Source of the DNA: Candidatus Woesebacteria bacterium
GTDB taxonomy: Bacteria > Patescibacteriota > Microgenomatia > UBA8517
Length of the DNA: 64,000 nucleotides
Assembly (NCBI GenBank): GCA_013426185.1
Contig: CP058602.1
Span: forward strand, 628,549 to 692,548
Direction of reading: 5' to 3'
Every line of letters starts with the position of its first letter. Position 1 is the first letter of the stretch. Shown one piece after another: positions 1-8,709 of the stretch. Made by a program: the position numbers and the translations under genes. The notes beneath the pieces were generated by a model. It saw nothing but the letters and a program-made list of their open reading frames with translations. It was not told the origin of the DNA and searched no databases.

Positions 1-2
1 TA

Positions 3-1496
3 AAGATCAAACCAGAAGATTTTGAATTAAAATACGATTTTGAAGAAACTGCTAAAACTGCTTATTTTAAGAAAGAAGAAAAACCGCTCGAGAATTTAAA
101 AAGTATTTATCAAAAGACTCTTGTTACTCCAATTTTTAACTATGATAAAGAAAAATTAGAAAAAATAATTGAAGAAATTGCTATCAAAACTGAAGAAAAA
201 GGACAAAAACCTCAAGCAACATTAGAAAACGGCAAGATTAAAATCATAAACGGCAGCGTTGGTGTAATCATAAAAAAGGAAGATTTAGAAAACCAAATAA
301 AAGAAAAGATAAAAAACTTTGATTTATCACCGATAACTTTAAAGACAGTTTCCGATGACTATGTTTTAGACGATATTGATTTGAAAAAATATGAGGAGAG
401 AGTAAATAAGTTACTCAATAAAAAAATAGTTGTTTCATTTGAAAATTTTCAACAAGAAATTCCAGATAAAGAAATTATCGGCTTAACCGACTATTTTGAT
501 GGATATCAAAAAGATAAAGTTAAAGAACTGTCAAGTGTAATATCAACCAAGATCGAAAGGCCTCCACAAAATCCGATATTTAATTTTGAGAATGGCGTTG
601 TTAAAGAATTTAAACCAGCAGAAGATGGAATAGTTCTAAATCAGGAAGATTTTACTGCTAATTTAATATCTTCTTTTGAAATCCTGGAAAATAGCGACCA
701 GAAGACAATTACCATTACTCCCCCTGTCAAAAGAACACCACCTGACTATAAAACCGAAGATGTCAATTCTTTGGGAATTAAAGAGCTTGTTGGCTTGGGC
801 AAGTCAAAATTTGTAGGGTCAATACCCTCAAGAATACACAACATAAAACTTGCGGCATCAAAATTTAACGGCATATTGGTTAAACCAGAAGAAATTTTAT
901 CTTTTAATCAAATTCTAGGCGAGGTGTCAAAAGAAACAGGATACCAACAAGCTTATATTATCAAAGAAGGACAAACAGTTTTGGGAGATGGTGGAGGGGT
1001 ATGTCAGGTCTCAACCACTCTATTTAGAGCAGTTCTTAACGCAGGACTTCCTATTGTTGAAAGACAAGCCCATGCCTATCGTGTCAGCTACTATGAGCAA
1101 GATTCTCCTCCTGGATTTGACGCTACGGTTTTTTCTCCTTCGCCAGATTTTAAATTTAAAAACGACACGCCGGGCCATTTATTAATCCAAACAAAATTTG
1201 ACGGAAATAATAAAACCTTAGTCTTTGAAATCTATGGCACTAAGGACAATAGAGAGGTTTATATTTCAAAGCCAGTAATTACAGGCATTACCCCACCCCC
1301 TGAAGATCTCTACATTGATGACCCAAGTCTTCCAAGCGGCAAAATCAAACAAATTGACTGGAAAGCCTGGGGGGCAAAAGTCTGGTTTGACTACAAAGTC
1401 ACCAAAGAAGGTCAAGAAATTTTTAGCAAGAGATTTTATTCAAACTACAGACCTTGGCAGGCCAAGTTTTTAAGAGGGATAGGACCAGCACAGTAA
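3..1496 (+). CDS. VanW family protein (5'-partial; frame open from the window start)
   Basis: GGGVCQVSTTLFRA and HAYRVSYYEQ...PGFDATV VanW motifs; the frame looks open upstream of the track start at 381. Confidence 0.85.
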   Translation, partial: KIKPEDFELKYDFEETAKTAYFKKEEKPLENLKSIYQKTLVTPIFNYDKEKLEKIIEEIAIKTEEKGQKPQATLENGKIKIINGSVGVIIKKEDLENQIKEKIKNFDLSPITLKTVSDDYVLDDIDLKKYEERVNKLLNKKIVVSFENFQQEIPDKEIIGLTDYFDGYQKDKVKELSSVISTKIERPPQNPIFNFENGVVKEFKPAEDGIVLNQEDFTANLISSFEILENSDQKTITITPPVKRTPPDYKTEDVNSLGIKELVGLGKSKFVGSIPSRIHNIKLAASKFNGILVKPEEILSFNQILGEVSKETGYQQAYIIKEGQTVLGDGGGVCQVSTTLFRAVLNAGLPIVERQAHAYRVSYYEQDSPPGFDATVFSPSPDFKFKNDTPGHLLIQTKFDGNNKTLVFEIYGTKDNREVYISKPVITGITPPPEDLYIDDPSLPSGKIKQIDWKAWGAKVWFDYKVTKEGQEIFSKRFYSNYRPWQAKFLRGIGPAQ

Positions 1497-1538
1497 TTTT
1501 TTGAGTTAAAACAATAGTTCAGATATAATTCCACAAAT

Positions 1539-2156
1539 ATGGACACTTTGGTTATTATCGCTAAAATTGAAAGATTGTTTGATCAATTTGGTTATCTTAT
1601 TGTCTTTTTTTCAAGCTTAATTGAAATCACTCCCTTTGGGTGGATAATTCCAGGCGGACTTGTCTTGGCAACCGCCGGCTTCTTTACCTACAATAAAGCT
1701 TACGCTCTTGCCAAAATCTTAGTAAGCGGCTGGTTGGGAGCCTGGTTTTCGCTTGTTGGGGCATACATACTAGGAAAAAGAACAGGAATGTGGTTGGTTA
1801 AAAAATTAAAACAAGAAAAAAACGCACAAAGAGCAAAAAGAATGCTTGATAAAAACGGACCAATAATTTTAACTTCATCAATGCTTGCAAATTTAACACG
1901 ATTCTGGTCGGCTTATGTTGCTGGGGTTGAGAAATACTCATTCTTGCGTTTCCTTATTTACTCGGGTGCGGCTTCATTCACATGGGTTGCTCTAATGGTT
2001 TTTATTGGGTTTTTGGGAGGCAGCGAAAGAGGACAAATAGAAAACCTCTTAAGAAAAACCGGGGCCATGTCATGGATAATTCTGGGAATAGTTGGCATTA
2101 TCATCTTTCTTTCAATCAAATCCGACAAGAAAGAAAATGAAAATAATTCAAATTGA
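1539..2156 (+). CDS. DedA family membrane protein
   Basis: IPGGLVLATAG, G-A-W...Y-x-LG pattern, several TM segments. Confidence 0.8.
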   Translation: MDTLVIIAKIERLFDQFGYLIVFFSSLIEITPFGWIIPGGLVLATAGFFTYNKAYALAKILVSGWLGAWFSLVGAYILGKRTGMWLVKKLKQEKNAQRAKRMLDKNGPIILTSSMLANLTRFWSAYVAGVEKYSFLRFLIYSGAASFTWVALMVFIGFLGGSERGQIENLLRKTGAMSWIILGIVGIIIFLSIKSDKKENENNSN

Positions 2157-3195
2157 AAAAGTAAATATAGATAAAATCTGCGACGTCCTAAAAAAGGGTG
2201 GTCTTGTTATTATGCCAACCGAAACTGTTTATGGCGCTTTTGTTGACGCAACGAACCCCAAAGCGGTAGAAAAGCTCAATCAATATAAAAAAAGGCCTTT
2301 TGGCAAGCCTTATTCGGTTGCAGTCTCGGATCAAAAGATGGCAGAAAGATATGTTTTTCTTAACGAAACTGCCAAGAATCTTTATCAAAATTTTCTGCCT
2401 GGTCCACTAACCATTATTTCAAAAGGCAAAGGTAAAGCAGCAAAAGGAGTTGAATCAGAAACAGGAACTTTAGGAATTAGGATCCCAGATTACAAATTAG
2501 TAATAGAGGTCATCAAAAAATACGGCAAGCCACTTACTGCCACATCCGCCAACCAAAGTTACAAGAAAACGCCTTATAGAGTAAGTGACATTCTAGAGAA
2601 TATAAGCGAAAAACAAAAAGGGTTGATTGATATTATCATCGACGCCGGAACTCTGCCCCCCAACAAGCCATCAACTGTAATTGATACAACAGGAGATGAC
2701 GCTTTGATCTTAAGAAAAGGAGACGTTGAAATTAAAGACAAAAAAGAATTCCTTTCAAAAAGCGAGAAAGAAACAGAAGAACTGACAAAAGAAATCTGGT
2801 TAAAATTTAAAAAATTCAAAGGGCAAAGAGCGATTATCTTTGCTTTGGAAGGAGAAATGGGAGCAGGAAAAACAATATTTACCAAAGGTTTAGCAAAAGC
2901 TTTGGGGGTAAAAGAGGAAATTGTCTCTCCAACTTATGACCTATTAATTGAATATCAAACCCAAGAAAAGGTCTCTCTGGTTCACATCGACACTTGGCGG
3001 ATGATAGAGCCAAGCGAAATAGAAGAAGTAAAACTCAAAGACAAAATTTCAGACCACTCGGTAATTGCCATTGAATGGGCAGATAAAGTTGAACAGATAA
3101 TACGTAAATACAACGAAGAAGCAATTGTAATTTGGGTTAAGATAGAATATGCCAACAAAGAAAATCAAAGAAAAATTTTCTGGGGCATACTATAA
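2137..3195 (+). CDS. tsaC-tsaE: Fused L-threonylcarbamoyladenylate synthase (TsaC/YrdC) + TsaE ATPase
   Basis: N-half PTETVYG, KKRP, PGPLT, TSAN, PSTVID; C-half LEGEMGAGKT, SPTY, HIDTWR, IEWA; ATG at 2137. Confidence 0.9.
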   Translation: MKIIQIEKVNIDKICDVLKKGGLVIMPTETVYGAFVDATNPKAVEKLNQYKKRPFGKPYSVAVSDQKMAERYVFLNETAKNLYQNFLPGPLTIISKGKGKAAKGVESETGTLGIRIPDYKLVIEVIKKYGKPLTATSANQSYKKTPYRVSDILENISEKQKGLIDIIIDAGTLPPNKPSTVIDTTGDDALILRKGDVEIKDKKEFLSKSEKETEELTKEIWLKFKKFKGQRAIIFALEGEMGAGKTIFTKGLAKALGVKEEIVSPTYDLLIEYQTQEKVSLVHIDTWRMIEPSEIEEVKLKDKISDHSVIAIEWADKVEQIIRKYNEEAIVIWVKIEYANKENQRKIFWGIL

Positions 3196-4269
3196 ATGAA
3201 AAATTATATTCTCTCAATTGACACATCTTGCGATGAAACTGCAGCCGCTATAACTCTTGATACCAAGGTTATCGCGAGCAAAGTCTGGTCCCAAGCTTCT
3301 CTTCATGCCAAGTTTGGTGGGGTCTACCCTTCCCTTGCCAAAAGAAAACATGAGGAAAGGATTGATTTTGTTATTAAGCAAACGCTTAAAAAAGCAAAAT
3401 TAGAAATAAAAGATATTTCAGCTATCGCCGTTACTGTAGGGCCAGGTCTTGCTCCCGCGCTTGAGGTTGGTATTCAAAAAGCAAAAGAATTGTCTCTTAC
3501 ATTTAAAAAACCACTTTTTGCTGTCAATCATGTTGAAGCACATCTTCTCTCACCCTTAATTGGAAAAAGCTTTGAGGAAATTAAACAATACTTTCCCGCT
3601 TTGGGATTAGTCGTCTCAGGGGGAAATACACAATTAATATTTACCAAAAAACCGGGAAAATATAAGATAATCGCTGAAACAATCGATGACGCTTTAGGTG
3701 AAGCACTTGACAAAGGAGCGCGTGCTCTGGGTTTGGGCTACCCCGGTGGGCCCGTTCTTGAAAAAATAGCTGAAGAATTCAAAGCCAATAAAAATCTCAA
3801 AAATCCCCTACCCCTTCCTTTTGCTGGGCAAGAAAAACTTAGGAAATTTAGTTATTCGGGCTTAAAAACTGCTCTTGTTAGACTAATTGAAAAAATAAAA
3901 AAAGAAAAAGGCAGGCTTAAAAAGGAAGATATCATAAGCCTTGCTTATTTTTACCAGGAAAGAGCTTTCAATCATATTGAAAGGATAGTTTTGTTTATTC
4001 TTAAAAACCAAAAAGAAAAACCAAAAAGCTTTCTTGTAGGTGGCGGGGTTGCCGCCAACAACAATCTTCGAAAAAAACTGCGCAAAATAGCAAAAAGCAA
4101 CAACTTAAAATTAATTTTTCCACCTCAAAAAAAATACTGCGGTGACAATGCAGCAATGATAGGGGTTGCTCTTGCGATTAATCTCAAAGAAAGAAGTGCT
4201 AAAAATGTAAATCCTCAAAAAATAGACAGAATACCAAGGCTTAAATTGACTGAAAGCAAAATATATTAA
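3196..4269 (+). CDS. tsaD: tRNA N6-adenosine threonylcarbamoyltransferase
   Basis: SIDTSCDETAAA, VNHVEAH, SGG, DDALGEALDK, GGGVAAN, DNAAMIG. Confidence 0.95.
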   Translation: MKNYILSIDTSCDETAAAITLDTKVIASKVWSQASLHAKFGGVYPSLAKRKHEERIDFVIKQTLKKAKLEIKDISAIAVTVGPGLAPALEVGIQKAKELSLTFKKPLFAVNHVEAHLLSPLIGKSFEEIKQYFPALGLVVSGGNTQLIFTKKPGKYKIIAETIDDALGEALDKGARALGLGYPGGPVLEKIAEEFKANKNLKNPLPLPFAGQEKLRKFSYSGLKTALVRLIEKIKKEKGRLKKEDIISLAYFYQERAFNHIERIVLFILKNQKEKPKSFLVGGGVAANNNLRKKLRKIAKSNNLKLIFPPQKKYCGDNAAMIGVALAINLKERSAKNVNPQKIDRIPRLKLTESKIY

Positions 4270-4300
4270 CTTTAAACCAAAAAGACGGTATAATTGCCGT

Positions 4301-6454
4301 ATGGACAAAGTCTGGGACCACAAAGCTTGGGAAGAAAAGATTTACAAATCTTGGGAAACCTCTGGTGTTTTTACCCCAAAACCCCAAAAAAATAAAAAAC
4401 AATTCTCCATTATTATGCCGCCGCCTAACGCCAATGCCGATCTTCATATAGGTCATGCGCGCTTTATTGCCATCCAAGATATCTTGGTACGCTATCACAG
4501 GATGAAAGGAGAAACAACACTCTGGCTGCCTGGCGCTGATCATGCTGGAATTGAAACACAGTTTGTTTTTGAGAAAAAACTCAAAGAAGAAGGAAAAAGC
4601 CGACTCGACTTTAAACAAGAAGAGCTTTACCAAATGATATGGGATTACGTTCAGAAAAATAAGGTGAATATGGAAAGTCAAATCAGGTCGCTTGGCGCCT
4701 CTTGCGACTGGTCAAGAGAAAAGTTTACTCTTGACCCCAAAATAGTAAAAATTGTCTATAAAACATTTAAAAAACTTTACGATGATGGCCTTGTTTACCG
4801 GGGTAATAGAATTGTTAACTTCTGCCCTCGCTGTGGAACAGCTTACTCTCAACTTGAAATAGACACCAAAGAACAAGAAGATGAACTTTACTACATCGAC
4901 TATGGAACTATTACCATCGCCACAACTCGTCCTGAAACTATATTTGCTGATGCTGCTGTTGCTGTTAATCCCAAAGACAAACGCTACCAAAATTTAGTCG
5001 GCAAAAAAGCTATTATTCCTATAATTGAAAAGGAAATCCCCATTATTGCCGATTCACTTGTAGATCCTGATTTTGGCACAGGTGCATTAAAGATAACTCC
5101 AGGCCATGATGCCACAGATTTTGAAATTGGACAAAAGCATAATCTTGAAACCATCCTTGTTATTAATTACGAAGGCAAGATGATCAACACCCCTGAAAAA
5201 TATATAGGGCTAAAAGCAGAAGTAGCTCGAGATCAAGTAGTTAGTGACTTGAAAGAAAAAGGTAAAATCAAAAAAATAGAAAAAATAAAACACATAATAG
5301 CCATTTGCTATAAAGATAAAGGGTTAATAGAACCTTTACCTTACGAACAATGGTTTATCAAAACCAAAAGTCTTGCTGAAATGGCGCTCAAAGCAATCAA
5401 GGAGAAAAAAGTTTCTTTTACAAGCAAAAAATATGAAAAAATAGCTATACATTGGCTTAAAAACTTAAAAGACTGGAATATTTCAAGACAGATCGTCTGG
5501 GGAATAAGAATTCCTGCTTGGTATTGCAACGATTGCCATAATTGGACTATCACAGATGGTAAAAAACCTGAAAAATGCTCTTTTTGCAAAAGCAAAAATA
5601 TTATTCAAGACAAAGATACTTTTGACACTTGGTTTTCCTCAGGTCAATGGCCATACGCAACTCTTTTGGCAAGTGGTAATATTGATAATCTTGAAACACC
5701 CCTTAATTCAAAATCAAAGGAATACTCCGACTTTAATTTCTTTTATCCAACATCTCTTATGGAAACAGGCTACGATATTATTCCCTTCTGGGTTATTAGG
5801 ATGATAATGCTTGGGCTTTATGCCACTGGTGAAGTGCCATTCAAAGAAGTCTTAATCCATGGTTTGGTAAGAGATAAACAAGGCCAGAAAATTTCAAAAT
5901 CAAAAGGCAATGTTATCAACCCACTTGAGATGTCAACCAAATATGGGACAGACGCCTTAAGAATGGCAATGGTTTGGGGAGCCAAAGTAGAAAATGATAT
6001 TTCTTTATCTGAAGAAAATATTAGAGGACAAAGAAACTTCGCTAATAAAGTGTGGAATATTGCCCGTTTTATAACTCTTGTCTCAGAAAACAAAAAATGG
6101 CCAAAAAACATACCAGACATAAAAAATAAAGACGACCTGCGGCTTTGGAAAAAACTAAATGAAACAATAAAGAAAACGACCAAATATCTAGATAATTACC
6201 AGCTAAATTTGGCTGCTGAAGAAATTTACCAATTCATCTGGCACACTTTGGCTGACATTTATATTGAAAAAATAAAAATTAGAGAAGGAGAAAAGACAAG
6301 AGTTAGAAAAGATGCTTTGCCTATTTTGCAAAAGTCGTTTGAGATTTCTCTTAGACTTCTCCACCCTTTTATGCCATTTATTACAGAAACCATCTGGCAA
6401 GAATTGAAAATTTCCAAACAAAAGATAATAATCTCCGAATGGCCAAAACTATAA
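4301..6454 (+). CDS. valS: Valine--tRNA ligase (short, lacks the C-terminal coiled-coil arm)
   Basis: PPPN..HIGH, DHAGIETQ, DWNISRQIVWG, DTWFSS, KISKSKGN. Confidence 0.95.
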   Translation: MDKVWDHKAWEEKIYKSWETSGVFTPKPQKNKKQFSIIMPPPNANADLHIGHARFIAIQDILVRYHRMKGETTLWLPGADHAGIETQFVFEKKLKEEGKSRLDFKQEELYQMIWDYVQKNKVNMESQIRSLGASCDWSREKFTLDPKIVKIVYKTFKKLYDDGLVYRGNRIVNFCPRCGTAYSQLEIDTKEQEDELYYIDYGTITIATTRPETIFADAAVAVNPKDKRYQNLVGKKAIIPIIEKEIPIIADSLVDPDFGTGALKITPGHDATDFEIGQKHNLETILVINYEGKMINTPEKYIGLKAEVARDQVVSDLKEKGKIKKIEKIKHIIAICYKDKGLIEPLPYEQWFIKTKSLAEMALKAIKEKKVSFTSKKYEKIAIHWLKNLKDWNISRQIVWGIRIPAWYCNDCHNWTITDGKKPEKCSFCKSKNIIQDKDTFDTWFSSGQWPYATLLASGNIDNLETPLNSKSKEYSDFNFFYPTSLMETGYDIIPFWVIRMIMLGLYATGEVPFKEVLIHGLVRDKQGQKISKSKGNVINPLEMSTKYGTDALRMAMVWGAKVENDISLSEENIRGQRNFANKVWNIARFITLVSENKKWPKNIPDIKNKDDLRLWKKLNETIKKTTKYLDNYQLNLAAEEIYQFIWHTLADIYIEKIKIREGEKTRVRKDALPILQKSFEISLRLLHPFMPFITETIWQELKISKQKIIISEWPKL

Positions 6455-6504
6455 GCTAGAATCTTTCGGCAGCCTTTCCTTATACTTGCTTGTGAGGATT
6501 GATC

Positions 6505-7010
6505 TAAGTCAAAAATTTAACTCAAAAATTAAAACTCAAAAGTTAAAAATATAATTCAAAACTTAAAAATCAAAAGTCAAAAATTAGATTACGGATTACA
6601 GAATACAGATTAGATAACAAAATTCCAAATTACAAATTACAAACTACAAACAAATTCCAAGCTCCAATAAACAAACAAATTACAAAAATTAAATTCTAAT
6701 TTCTAATTTCTAAATTCTAAACCCTGAACCAGAATAAATTCGATTCAGGGCAGGCAAATTCCAAATTACAAACAAATAAATTCCAACTTTTAACTTTTAA
6801 CTTTGAACTTTTAACTATTTATTAATTTTGCTTTCTACTTACTACGTTCTACTTTCTACTTGCATTCCTTGCATAATACATAATACAAAATACTAAATAC
6901 CAGCTTTTGACTGGCTCCGATGTCCGATGTCCGACATCCGACGGCCGATGTCTGATGTCCGACGTCTGATGTCCGAATTCTTTTAACTTTTAACTTTTAC
7001 TCTTTTACCC
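6505..7010. repeat. Intergenic mosaic array A of degenerate 7-bp-period repeat modules
   Basis: Successive modules such as (CAAATTA)n, (AATTTCT)n, (CTTTTAA)n, (TTCTACT)n, (CATAATA)n, (TCCGATG)n; reverse-complement matches to 33781-34140, 52110-52650 and 56590-56705. Confidence 0.9.
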
Positions 7011-7014
7011 AATA

Positions 7015-7971
7015 TTATTCTCCAACATTAAATTTGGCAGAAGGCGTAGAAGTAGGGGTGTTTGTTGAATTCAGAAATTCGAAGCTCGAGGTCAATCCAG
7101 GCACTAAATTCTCAAAACCAGCTTCTCCTCTTGAATAATCTAAAATAAGGACTTTTTTATTAGTATCTGGATCTTTAAAAACAAAAAACACCGGGCCTCC
7201 TTCAACTTTTGGATTGTAAGATATCAAATCACGAGAACCAATTTTTTCATCAACAAACGAATTTTTGATATCTGCATAAGTTATTACAGGATTAAATTTA
7301 CTCGCCTCTTCTACCAAGATCTCTATTAAATCTTCGGAGCTTAAGACAGGCAAGACTTTTAGTTCAAGCATGGTTTTATTATCTTCTCCTGCCAAGCTAA
7401 AAACTAACAAGTCGCTCTTATTGGTTGGTATTAGATCGGGAGGATATTTTACAATGAAAGAATCACCTCGATAACTAGCCCAATTAGTAGTTAATTTTTC
7501 AAAAGAAATGGGTGTGGGAACAATAACAGCTTCGTCAGACTGATTGGTCTGAAGGGATGGAGTAACAGCCTTCTTTAAATTCAACCTACCACTTTTCCAA
7601 CCACTAATTAAATAAAGACCTAGTCCGAGAACAGAGGTTGCAAACAGAAGTAATGCTAGGGTAAATATAATTTTCTGGTTTTTATCTCTATCTAAAGTAT
7701 TGTTATCTCCTGAAACGTTGGCTTGCTGAGAAACATAATTAACCGCAACAAATGACTCTCCAACTTTATTTTCGGATTGTAAATTTTCAACCGGAACAGG
7801 TGTTGGTTGCTGACCTTGCGGAGAAGCTGCGGTTGTTTTTACTTCAACTGGCTGAGTCGTTTGATTAGAGGAAACAAAAGGCTCATTTTGATTGTTTTCT
7901 TTACCAAGAGACTCAGGGATAGAATTATTTGCACCACCAGAAGAGCTTGCTAAATTCTGATTTTCATCCAT
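7015..7971 (-). CDS. Hypothetical single-pass membrane protein with low-complexity N-terminus
   Basis: Long ORF, Q/N/S/P-rich N-terminus, one TM segment; probable start MDENQ. Confidence 0.7.
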   Translation of the reverse strand: MDENQNLASSSGGANNSIPESLGKENNQNEPFVSSNQTTQPVEVKTTAASPQGQQPTPVPVENLQSENKVGESFVAVNYVSQQANVSGDNNTLDRDKNQKIIFTLALLLFATSVLGLGLYLISGWKSGRLNLKKAVTPSLQTNQSDEAVIVPTPISFEKLTTNWASYRGDSFIVKYPPDLIPTNKSDLLVFSLAGEDNKTMLELKVLPVLSSEDLIEILVEEASKFNPVITYADIKNSFVDEKIGSRDLISYNPKVEGGPVFFVFKDPDTNKKVLILDYSRGEAGFENLVPGLTSSFEFLNSTNTPTSTPSAKFNVGE

Positions 7972-8036
7972 ATTTATATTAAAACACAAAAATAAAACAA
8001 ATTACAAGCACTAATTTTTGGAGCTATTTTTAAAAA

Positions 8037-8708
8037 CTATGAATTATTGTTATTTTCTTCCTCCGCCTCAGAAGAATCTTCTTCTTTTTGAGGCTCGGCT
8101 TCTTCAGCCGCAGCTTCTTCAACAGGAGCAGCTTCTTGCACTATTTCCTCCTTAACAGGCTCTACCTTAACCACTACCTCATCAGGACTCGCCTTAACTT
8201 CTAACTTAAAAGTATCAAAAGCCAAATCCTTAACCAAGATTGCCTGATCTACCTCCTGAAGAGAAGATAAATCAACTTCCATTTTTTCTGGCAAGTCGGT
8301 TGGCAAAGCTTCTACCTCAATTTCATCAATATAAACAACCACTGTTCCCAACCCTTGTTTTTCAACTGGCGATTCACCAATTCCAACCACAGGTATTGAA
8401 GCCGTAACTTTTTCCTTAAGATCAACTTGAAGAAAATCAATATGAATTATATCTTCTGTTACAGGATCTTTTTGGATATTGTGAATTAAAACAGGTCTTT
8501 TTTCTTTCCCCAATTCCAAGTTGACTATTTGAGTTTCCCCTGCTTCTTTAAAAACCTTATCAAAATCTGATTTCTGAACACTCACTGCTTCAGACTTTAC
8601 TTTTCTTCCATAAATATTCGCAGGGATAAGCCCTTCTCGACGAAGCTTTTTTACCTTCTTACCCAAGACATCCCTTTTTTCTACTTTAAGTGATAGAGTA
8701 TTTTTCAT
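8037..8708 (-). CDS. rplY: 50S ribosomal protein L25/CTC
   Basis: LRREGLIPANIYG, IQKDPVTEDIIHIDF, acidic tail. Confidence 0.95.
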   Translation of the reverse strand: MKNTLSLKVEKRDVLGKKVKKLRREGLIPANIYGRKVKSEAVSVQKSDFDKVFKEAGETQIVNLELGKEKRPVLIHNIQKDPVTEDIIHIDFLQVDLKEKVTASIPVVGIGESPVEKQGLGTVVVYIDEIEVEALPTDLPEKMEVDLSSLQEVDQAILVKDLAFDTFKLEVKASPDEVVVKVEPVKEEIVQEAAPVEEAAAEEAEPQKEEDSSEAEEENNNNS

Positions 8709-8709
8709 A

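Noticed and set aside
4301-6454. Short ValRS as a pseudogene
   Set aside because: HIGH, KMSKS-like, editing and anticodon-binding regions are intact; loss of the C-terminal arm is plausible in a reduced genome
6505-7010. CRISPR array reading of the repeat regions and of the three 24-mer repeats at 51685-51933
   Set aside because: No constant repeat with regular unique spacers and no cas genes; the 24-mer is a tRNA 5' end
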